From Nemertoderma westbladi (Eukaryota > Animalia > Xenacoelomorpha), in NCBI GenBank assembly GCA_032718475.1, contig JAUCBJ010005608.1, positions 1-42,077 of the forward strand: a stretch of DNA of 42,077 nt, written 5' to 3'. Numbering within the stretch: position 1 is the stretch's first letter; every line of letters starts with the position of its first letter. Under the pieces are notes generated by a model. The model was not told the origin of the DNA. It saw only the letters and a program-made list of their open reading frames with translations, and made no database searches. The translations under genes and the position numbers were made by a program. Below are positions 1 through 9,868 of this stretch, one piece after another.

Positions 1-1097
1 ATTATATACTCTATTATCTAACTAGACATCTCAATCTTGTAATTGTTGATGATGGGTATGAAATTTGGTGCTAGCACCAAAATTTGCCATATCACGTCGA
101 AAAATGCGCGTAGCAATGACCTGGCAAATTATAAATGTATTCCATTTGTATTTGTATTTGTATTGCATTCCAAAATTTGAAAATGTGAATTTAAAGCAAC
201 GTATAATTAAATTAAAATTTTTGTGTTCAAACTGAAATGTGTTGGTTAGTTCTTTTTTCATTTTTTGCCCACGTTGTAAGCGGATTCAATTCCCTTACAT
301 TACCCACCCGAAAATGGGACCAGTGGCATTTTACCAATATAGTTGGCGATGCGAGATTACCAATAATTAATCTCGCCTCATAACCAACTCGGGGGGGGGG
401 GGGGGGCGATACAGGCCCTAAGCCACAGAGAGAGGTGAGATGTCAAACCACCTCAGAGGGAGAACACAGCTAGTCGAGGCTAGCAGCAGGGGGTAACACC
501 TACAGGGAGTGCCAAAGTGACAATTAGTATATAAGCCAATAGCGGGCAGGGGAGCACGTGGGGAAAGATAAGAAAGCATCCATTGGGTAGCAAAGGCCAT
601 TGTAGAGTAGAGGTGAAACCAATATGTATGTGTATCAATCATATAGTTATCCTGATTACTGATTTACCGGTCAGTTCACTAATCACACAGTTAGGGACCG
701 GCAATAGTTTAGACCGTCATTTCATACACTGCTGTCATCATTCTGTATTGCAATTCCTACTATTGTTTGTTATACATACTGTGCTATTATCATTGGAACA
801 TTAACATCGAGAAACACAAACTCTGTTATTTTCCCGACGGCCTTCGGCCAAAGATATTAGTCCAGCAGCCCAGCAGAGAAGTGACGCGTACAACCTAACC
901 CGGTCGGGATCATTGAACTCAATCCCGTCACACACGTAGAGGACTAAAACAGCCGTTTATAGAAATCAGATCATTTTTAAATATTTTTCAATGGATTCAG
1001 CGCCCCAGAAAACTTGTATTGAAAATACTAGCTGCAAATTTTAACTTTCAAATTTTTTGAAATTTGTTCACTACTACTATGTCCGGTTCTAATAGGG
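1..1097 (-). mobile_element. Partial non-autonomous piggyBac-like element of the same family as 6081-7792, interrupted by a solo LTR
   Basis: 180-274 and 933-1097 are the diverged reverse complement of about 6236-6670. It ends in ...ctaataggg followed by TTAA (1098-1101) and shares the palindrome TTGGTGCTAGCACCAA (about 65-80). Confidence 0.75.
275..932 (+). mobile_element. Solo LTR, probably BEL/Pao family
   Basis: TG...CA termini with imperfect inverted ends (tgtaagcggatt / aatcccgtcaca) and a perfect 5-bp target-site duplication CACGT (270-274, 933-937). The host element resumes exactly across it. Its 3' end resembles the LTR ends at 9111 and 24079. Confidence 0.85.
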
Positions 1098-2546
1098 TTA
1101 AAACATAATACTACTGAACATGCGCGCTAAAATTCGTTTTTTGCACGTAATAATTCGCTGAAAGTTAAGTTAATAAAACATTATGTTAACCGCGATATAC
1201 TGATTAAAAAATTAAGCACTGCAGCATTCGCGAAACACAGTTGGAAATTTTCAAAATTGTATTACATATTTGCGATTCCACCTATAAAACTTATTGGTGA
1301 TATAAATATAGACGGAGCATTATATGGACGGTGCAGCTCTGCGAGGCCATGATATCGCTACACAGTTTTAGATCGCCGCGCACCTTCAAACTGAAAAAAA
1401 AATTATATTGAAAATACTTTTCTTCGCTCACTTCGTGGCTCGCCCCACACTATTATTATTTCTGACAGTACAGATATTATTAATTATTGGAGACAGAATT
1501 ATTGTGCAAGATAGAGCAACCTCAGTGGAAGGATGATTGGAATGTTTCCCATCTAGGCAATATCAAGAACGCCAAGGAATGATGAGACTGGAAATATAGA
1601 GTATAAATATAGAAAACATCAATCAATATAAAAAATATTAATACTAAAAATTGTTTCTAGCCCAACATTTTTTCGCGCTCCATCCCTATTTGCTAAGTGT
1701 AGGCCTAATTCACGCCAAGTAAATAAAAAACCAACTTCGTTTAGTTTTCCTCTAATAACGAACCTGTCTTTAGACTGGGTAGTTTTTGTCTAAAGCTGAG
1801 GCCGGCAAAAACACGATGGATATATTTACCTATATATGTCACTATATCACTCACTATGTATGTTCACCAAATGGCTTGAAACCACTTGCATGCATTGTAA
1901 AATTGTAAACGCAAGTATTTATCAATTGTTGTCTAGTTGTTGAATAAAAAAGTTGGGAACGATTCGAAGTGCGATATTCGAAATATTTGCATATTTTCAA
2001 CATTATTGAACGCGAAATTAAATACCCACAACTCCCTTGCTTGAAATGTTTTTCAGGTGATTGATATTTAGCAATTATTATGAGGTTACTTACTACTGAA
2101 ATCTGACAGAATGCCAAACGTATTATTATAGTTCTATCTCTATTCAGCCAGTTAGTGTAATGTCAAGCAGTACATCATTTATATATCGTATGTATCTATA
2201 GGGCCTAATTGTCATCGTTATAATACTGTCATCAACTTAGGCTAAGCTCAATTGTAATGCAAAGGCTTAGTAGGTTTTGTATATCTGGGACGTTTACAAC
2301 AGCTGTCGATTAAACTAACAAAACCATAAAACTGAACCAGGGTGGCTGCCAGCCGGGTACCAACGGCTGTTGGGTAGACTTAAGGGAACATTTCACAAAC
2401 TTTCATAGGATGCTTGTACATGTACATTATATTGGTTGCTCCGATGTTTTTATTAGGCTAACTGAGAATGTGGGGCGAGCCACGAAGTTGGCGGAGCCTT
2501 AGCGAATTGACACTGTTAGGGGGTGGGTCAATTTATGCAAATAGTT

Positions 2547-2840
2547 GTCGTCGTCGTCGTCGTCGTTGTCGTCGTCGTCGTCGTCGTCGTTGTCGTCGTC
2601 GTCGTCGTCATCGTTACGATTTTGACATGCTAATAACTTTGTCAGATTTAAAGCTGCCAAGTTGAAAATTTGTAGGTATCAATATGAGCAAAAGTTGAGA
2701 TTTTTGAGAGACTTTCAGACACCCACGAAGTTGGCGGAGCCTTAGCGAATTGACACTGTTAGGGGGTGGGTCAATTTATGCAAATAGTTGTCGTCGTCGT
2801 CGTTGTCATCGTCGTCGTCGTTGTCATCGTCGTCGTTGTT
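2547..2840 (+). repeat. Two (GTC)n microsatellite tracts within the HINE
   Basis: Direct reading: tracts at about 2547-2613 and 2789-2840. Confidence 0.95.
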
Positions 2841-4052
2841 ACGATTTTGACATGCTAATAACTTTGTCGGATTTAAAGCTGCCAAGTTGAAAATTTGTAG
2901 GTATCAATATGAGCAAAAGTTGAGATTTTTGAGAGACTTTCAGACACCATCAGTGCAATGGTCTCCCGCTAGAGGGCCACATGTCTAAACATTAAATGCC
3001 CTCCCATTTCTTTGCTTTTAATCCGTTTAAGCTGAAACTTGGCAGATATGTATTAGACCATTAGCTGTGACTTTCAAAGGAGGCGAATCCATCTGCAGTT
3101 CTCCAGTCTGCCGCTAGAGGGCCAAAGGTCTGAAAGTGAAATCGTAGTCGTCGTTACGATTTTGACATGCTAATAACTTTGTCGGATTTAAAGCTGCCAA
3201 GTTGAAAATTTGTAGGTATCAATATGAGCAAAAGTTGAGATTTTGAGAGACTTTCAGACACCATCAGTGCAATGGTCTCCCGCTAGAGGGCCACATGTCT
3301 AAACATTAAATGCCCTCCCATTTCTTTGCTTTTAATCCGTTTAAGCTGTAACTTGGCAGATATGTATTAGACCATTAGCTGTGACTTTCAAAGGAGGCGA
3401 ATCCATCTGCAGTTCTCCAGTCTGCCGCTAGAGGGCCAAAGGTCTGAAAGTGAAATCGTTGTCGTCGTTACGATTTTGACATGCTAATAACTTTGTCGGA
3501 TTTAAAGCTGCCAAGTTGAAAATTTGTAGGTATCAATATGAGCAAAAGTTGAGACGTTTGAGAGACTTTCAGACACCATCAGAGCAATAGTCTCCTGCTA
3601 GAGGGCCACATGTCTAAACGTTAAATGTCCTCCCATTTCTTTGCTTTTAATCCATTTATGCTGAAATTTGGCAGATTTGTACTAGACCATTAGCTGTGAC
3701 TTTGAAAGAAGGAATTGAATTGAATTGAATTGAAGGCTAATCCGTGTGCAGTTCTTCAGTCTGCCGCTAGAGGGCGAAATGTTTGAAAGTGAAATCTTTC
3801 TCCCATCTCGTTATTTATGATCCGTTCAAGCTGAAACGTAGCAGATATGTAGTAGAAGTCGGCCTGAGTCTTTGGTGGGCAGTAAACGGTCTGGAGTCCT
3901 CCAGTCTGCCGCTAGAGGGCGAAATGTATAACTGTCCCCAATTCCTTGATATTAATTTATTTAAAGTGAATATTGGCATATGTACTAGAGCACATGCTGT
4001 GTCTTTCTGAGGAAGGTGGTCGATCTGCATTTCTCCAGTCTGCCGCTAGAGG
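2838..4052 (+). repeat. Tandem array of about 314-bp dimers built from about 145/170-bp subunits
   Basis: CCGCTAGAGGGC or a close variant recurs at 2966, 3111, 3280, 3425, 3595, 3764, 3909 and 4043. Dimers at about 2838-3153, 3154-3467 and 3468-3790 are near-identical, and the monomers after them are more diverged. Confidence 0.93.
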
Positions 4053-4193
4053 TAAGCGGAAATTCAAGACGCTGGTCACACTACTAAACGCATTATTTCA
4101 ACATTCTCAAATATACGCTCCATAAATATTTCACGTTACTATTTTATTGATAATCAAGATATAAACCAAGCGGAATTGGGGTGTAAACGTTAA

Positions 4194-4330
4194 GCAGACA
4201 CCTGGTGCAGACACCTGGTGCAGACACCTGGTGCAGACAACTGGTGCAGACACCTGGTGCAGACACCTGGTGCAGACACCTGGTGCAGACACCTGGTGCA
4301 GACACCTAGTGCAGACACCTGGTGCAGACA
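4194..4330 (+). repeat. 13-bp minisatellite (GCAGACACCTGGT), about 10.5 copies
   Basis: Direct reading, with two single-base variant units. Confidence 0.95.
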
Positions 4331-5807
4331 GTTAGGCAGACCGGTACTGAAATGAATTACACAATAGCCTACATTCGCAGAAAAGCCTTTCTAGAATTAT
4401 CACTTATGACTACTTATTTGCGTGCATTTTTCACTGGGATTGGCTGCGTGCGTGTCTAGCGTCGTCTCTTTGATTACGTTGAACCATTGGCAATATACAG
4501 AATGTTTTGATTGGACCTATAGGACTAGGAACTTTGCGTGGAAGAATATAATGGTAGAAATCATAACAAATAATACTCATATAACTTATATTTCGGCAGT
4601 TCTTTTAAATATGTAAACCTCTACCGGACTGCTGATTCATATACATTCCTAACATTCCACACCACATTCCAATAATATCCTAATACAGTAATACTTTCGA
4701 ATTAGTACTTAAATTAAATTTAAGTCACGTGCTGCGCGAAGGCCCCACTTCGTGTATGTATGTATGTATATACAATTATAGACCGAAACAAACTATCAAT
4801 TGTACCAAAAAGGCAACTTTTATATCATGAGATTTCAAGATCGCTACCATCATAGGTAAATGTGTGAATACAAAGTAGGAGGTGGAAAGTAATTTAAAGA
4901 TTATATAACATCAATGTCCAATACGTGAACATGTAAACGGGTAGTGTTACTTTCTATTATTATTGTTTGTTATTGATATTTGAACTTTTTTTTTGCAAAC
5001 GGCAACGTTTCGTGGAATTCCATTGCATTGCTGGTCATTAACCCGTTCATTCCATTCCAAACAATCTTCGTTTCCATCATAATTGTCAAATGAGATAGAG
5101 AATTCTGGAAAATCCATCCGCAACTGGTTTTCATCAGTGCTACAATAAAATAAACATAATTACTACATAGGTGCATCCTCTTGGTTCCTTTCCTGGGAAA
5201 CAAATCCACCAACATAATTCGCGCGTGTCCTGGAGAGCAGTTAGCATATTCTACGTTATTTACCATGCAATAAATAATTATGAATATGGTACCCGAAAGA
5301 GTATATATACTTTAGAATTGTACGGGGCCCTTTTAATAAAAAAGGCTCTCACGGTATAGATGCTCACGGTATTATCTGCTTAGCAAGCATGAAAATTTTC
5401 GTTGAATTTCATTCATTTTTGACAAAGTTATTGTTGAACATTGAAAAATGTATTATCTAAAATAGCGGGAAGGTTTGAATTTATCCTTAAACTTTAAACA
5501 CCCATATGAATGACGTTGTTTCATGAAAAAGGCTATTTCTCCGTCAATATTAACTAAAATGAGTTGAAATTTGGTACACTTGTTAAGAATACCTTTCTCC
5601 ATACTTCTCCTGAACAAATTTAGTTGGAAATGCCCTGGAGCCTTTTTATATGAAAAAGGCCAAAACTGGGGCCTTTTTGTTCTAAAAAGGTTCCAGAGCA
5701 TTTGAGGCAAAATATGTTCAGAAGAATTGGATGCAGTGTTCTTCTGAACTTATATTCCAAATTTCGACAAATTTCAACAAATATTGTTCTAGAAATAGTT
5801 GGTGGAG

Positions 5808-5965
5808 ATCTATCTTGTTTGCTTTATTTTTCGACTTTGGAATGAAATCCAGTTATCATTAGAACCGCCTTCATCTGCAGATTCCGAATCTGAAAATAGT
5901 TTTAAATGTCAAAATAGTATGCCTTTCAATTTTGATAATGTGATAATATCTCCGGAAGTTTGATT
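5808..5965. mobile_element. Fragment of the foldback MITE family seen at 25439-26260
   Basis: tagaaccgccttcatctgcagattccgaatctgaaa and tgataatatctccggaagtt match the arms of the 25439-26260 element. Confidence 0.7.
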
Positions 5966-6080
5966 TGATAGCGGATTCAATTCGCTATGCCCTCCCATTA
6001 CAAACTGGTATAGGGCCAAATTACGAATATTGACAAGAGGAGATAACCAGCCAGTAGCTGACTCATCAACTCAGCTTTAA

Positions 6081-7792
6081 CCCTATTAGTCTTAATTGGC
6101 CTTAAATATGCGGATGATCTAGCAAATGTCATGGGTGATAGGGAGTTGTGGCGGTGCAATTTTGTTAACAAGCCGGCACAGCATTCTTAAAAATGCAGCT
6201 GCAATGCAGCATGCCGATCCTAGTAGTAGTAGTAACCCTATTAGTACCGGGCTATAAAATGTTGTACAAATACCGGGGGGTCATATTGAACCCCCCCTCT
6301 AAAATCTACAAATTTTTACGAAAACGTCTGATTTTTTGTTTGTACGTAGGTATCACTAGTCTGGATCCGACCGAAAAAAAAATTTCGAAAAAATGTACTG
6401 GGGTGGTTATATAGCAGCACCAAAATTACAAGTAGTGCACAATTTTCACAAAATTTGAAAGTTACATTTTTCGGGTAATTGTTTTTCAATACAGGTTTTC
6501 TGGGGCGGAAAATACATTGGAAAATATTTAAAAATGATATGATTACTATAAATGGCTGTTTAGTCCTCTCTGCGTAGAAAAAAAATGAAAAAAACAAGTG
6601 ACCAGCACTTTTCAGTTAGAACACAAAATTTTAATTCGCTTATACGATGCTATAAATTCACATTTTCAGGTTTTCTAGGGCGCTGATTCTAATGGAATAC
6701 ATTTCTAATATGCCAGATCATTGCTACTTGTATTTTAGGAATTAGGCGTAATTAGGAAAATTTTGGTGCTAGCACCAAATTTCGTACCCATCACCAAAAA
6801 GTACAAGTTTGCGATGTCCAGTGCTGTTTTTATTGATTCCATCGGATTCAGGACACTCATAAACCCGTATAACGCGAGAAACAAGATGATACTATCTCCT
6901 GATCAATTTGCTTATTTTCCAAAATTTGATGCTGGCACAACAATTTTCACCCACCGGCAAAAAATACAAGTTTGAAAACTCTTATGAATTTTTTACTGAT
7001 TCCATTGAATTCAGAGCCCTCACAAACCCCTATAACGCAAGAAACAAGGTGACACAATCAATTTATATATTTGATGGTTTTCAAAATTTGGTGCTAGCAC
7101 CACATTTTGCACCCACTTCCGAAAAATACAAGTTTGAGATGTCTAGTTTGATAATTATATATTCCATTGAATTCAGAACAGCCATAAACCTCTAAAACGC
7201 AAGAAATAAATTGTCACAAGCAATTTTATCTATTTAATGGATTTTCAAAATTTCGTGCTAGCACCAAAATTTGCACAACAGCACCGAAAAATACAAGTTT
7301 GATACGCTTGGTGCAACTCGTATATATTTCGTCGAAACCAGAACACCAAAAAACTCCAAATGCGTAAAAAACAAGTTTCAAACAATCAATTTACGAAATT
7401 GACATATTTCAAAATTTGGTGCTGGCACCAAAAATTGGCACCCGCCGAAAAAAACAAGTTTGAAATTTCTAAATCAATTTATATGAATTCCATCCAATTG
7501 CTAACACCAAAAAACCGGTGTAAATCAAAAATAGAGATGTTTCAATTCATATTTAATGAAATGTAATTTTCAAAAAACGTCTCAAAAAAAGAGCCAAAAG
7601 TAGGGTTAAAAAATGGTGCTATAACTCGAAAACTACCCAATATTTTAAAAACGGTTTTCACTACTAGGAAGACAATAGATTTTTAGGAAAAATCATAAAA
7701 TTTCAGATTCCCAACTGCGTTTGTTTCAGAATTATAATAAAAACACCACGGGGGGGTCATATTCCCCCCCCCCCCCCCCGGGTTTAATAGGG
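6081..7792 (+). mobile_element. Non-autonomous piggyBac-like DNA transposon
   Basis: Flanked by TTAA (6077-6080 and 7793-7796) with CCCTATTA...TAATAGGG termini. The interior holds diverged subrepeats of about 160 bp containing ttggtgctagcacca. No transposase ORF is present. Confidence 0.8.
6091..6232 (+). mobile_element. 5'-truncated RTE-clade non-LTR retrotransposon 3' end with (TAG)n tail
   Basis: 13-bp target duplication TAACCCTATTAGT (6078-6090, 6233-6245) and a (tag)n tail. Homologous to about 26518-26677. Confidence 0.8.
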
Positions 7793-7800
7793 TTAAGTAT

Positions 7801-8290
7801 TAACTAGAAAGACAGCTTTCTAGTAGATAAACTTCTTCAACATTTCAAATTAAAACGTCACATGAGTGAGCAAACAAACAGTAAAAACGGTAAAATACTT
7901 CCAAAGCATTACAAAGAATAAAATGTGGGAGAAGGTTAAAACAGTCAGACATCCTCTTAAAAACAACCTATAGTTTAGTATGTACTTTTAGTTAGATCGC
8001 TGCAAAGAATCAAATCTAAACAATTAAAATGGGCCAAAATTAGCAAAAAAAGCACAATAAACAACCGAAATAAGGGAAGGATTTCACTGGCTAACAGTGA
8101 AATTGGAGAACTGCAGACTGGTCAGCTCAGCGTCCTCCCCATATCTGCAGCCTAATGGTTTAGTAAATAATTACCAAGTATCAACAAAAAAAAAACTATA
8201 AATAACGAAATTGAAGAAGGTTTTCACTTTCTGACATTTTGCCCCCCAGCGGCAGACTGGATAACTGCATACCGGTTAGCGCCCCACCCC
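7801..8290 (-). mobile_element. Diverged remnant of a related HINE, reverse strand
   Basis: The reverse complement ends in ...tctttctagtta and contains core units such as atgcagttatccagtctgccgctggggggcaaaatgtcagaaagtgaaaa (8221-8270), homologous to about 3746-3795. Confidence 0.6.
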
Positions 8291-8975
8291 CCAAACAAGT
8301 AACCTATGGTCAGGTCATATCTGCAATGTGTCAGTTAACAACTGTTGTACAGCTTCCTACCAGCTGACATAGTTTGGTAGAAACCTGAATTGGTCCGGGT
8401 TTTAGACAGTCCCGATTGTAAGGTCCCTGTCATTTCGGCTACTCCTTTCCCTCTGGGCTCGAAAAATAGATATAAACCGAAAATGCTATAGACGCAATGA
8501 TAAAAAAAAAACACCTGCTCGTGTATATATTATTTGCTATTACTTGCCAAGTATTACAGTAAGAAAACCACACAATAATAATGTCCAATATAGTCTAACA
8601 GTATTATTAGCTGGGTCGACTAAAGGGAAGTTCATTCAATAGAGGCAGTTTCAAGTAATATGGTTGACCTCATTTCATTGAAGTTTTAACTAATAATAGA
8701 GGCTCAAATATCAGTGTCGTACATCGAGATAAATAATACAGTATTGGCAATTTAGCAACTTGCAAAGGAGGAAGAGGAGTAGTCGTACTTTTGCGCTATT
8801 ATAGTTTATTTATTTTAACTATTATAGTTTTATATAGTTTTATTAATATGAATTTTATTTATTATATATTTCGTTATTTAGTTTATTTATTTATTTTATT
8901 TATTTCGTTATTTTGTATATATTTTGCATATTCCAAAGAACAGGGGGTGGTGGCACAAAATGGGGAGATAAATGG

Positions 8976-9111
8976 GGCTATAAACTCTTTATTATACATC
9001 AGCCTATGACAGCCTTTCAGCCTTTCCAGTCACTTAAATGCGGCGACGCTTACTCAACACTACACAAAACTACACAGGTTGGGATCCTGCACCAATTCAG
9101 ATCCTGTCACA
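8976..9111 (+). repeat. Surviving 3' part of the 5' LTR of the decayed BEL element
   Basis: Aligns with 23948-24079 (gctataaactctttattatac...cctttccagtcacttaaatgcggc...gggatcctgc...tcaca). Confidence 0.8.
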
Positions 9112-9868
9112 GTCAAAACCAATCGACGTGAGCCTATGAGTTAACCAGGATAAAGAAAACTGTGACGCCGATCACACGCCAACAGCGACGCCAACGAGAC
9201 CCAACGAGAACGCCCCAGAGTTCTGAGAAGGATGGGAGTCTGCTGCGCACTCCCAGCGACAGGGCCATGACGATACGGGAGGCGGTGACTCGGCGGTACC
9301 AGCCTGCTACATAAGATTTGCCGAAAGACGACGGTTTGGTTAGAATGGAGGAAGGCGGACGGGTATGCAACGAGGAACACGAGTCGACACGAGATGGGAG
9401 CGGTGAGAGGAGCACTGGGGTCACCAGCCAACCAGTGGCTAGAGGTGGCGAGAGGCCCACCAGAATGGCAATGGAAGGGCCGACGGTGCAACGCAGAATG
9501 AGACAAGGAGACCAAGATGTTCAGGAGGAGGACGTGGTGACAAGTAATCGTTAATGACGAGGATACATCGCCACTCGAAGGATCCTCAATGACGCCAGGA
9601 AGGGAAAGGTAGATCAACCCAAGCTAAACCATAGACTGGGTGAGTGTGATATAAACACTTTCATTATTTAGCCCGATTTGGGCAGAGCGAGTTAGTGAAT
9701 GAGAGGGCGAGAGAGGTCACCACAGAACTGTTTGAATTGTGGCAATCGGGGATAATGCTGTACAGTAGGGTGTACATAGGACCCTATCTGGTAGATACGC
9801 GAGGGATTAAGTTAGTGGGATTGGCAAGTTCGAACGACACCGAGCCCGAGGTTAACCTGTAGGATTCG

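Larger units (their letters stand above)
2449..4394 (+). mobile_element. Non-autonomous Helentron-like element (HINE/DINE-1 type) with an internal tandem array
   Basis: In order: 5' ttattaggcta, a gcca-cgaagt-tggc hairpin, an inverted agcctta, a (GTC)n microsatellite, a central tandem array, 3' tagccta (reverse complement of the 5' sub-terminal repeat) and terminal CTAG at 4391-4394. The 5' module is duplicated (about 2481-2724 versus 2725-2948). Confidence 0.65.

Noticed and set aside
2468-2665. ORF with a poly-Arg run resembling a protamine
   Set aside because: It is the translation of the (GTC)n microsatellite.
2838-4330. Regular repeats as a possible CRISPR array
   Set aside because: The units are tandem copies without unique spacers, no cas genes are present, and the context is eukaryotic.
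6193-7566. Short ORFs within the piggyBac-like element as transposase remnants
   Set aside because: They show no transposase motifs and derive from AT-rich subrepeats.
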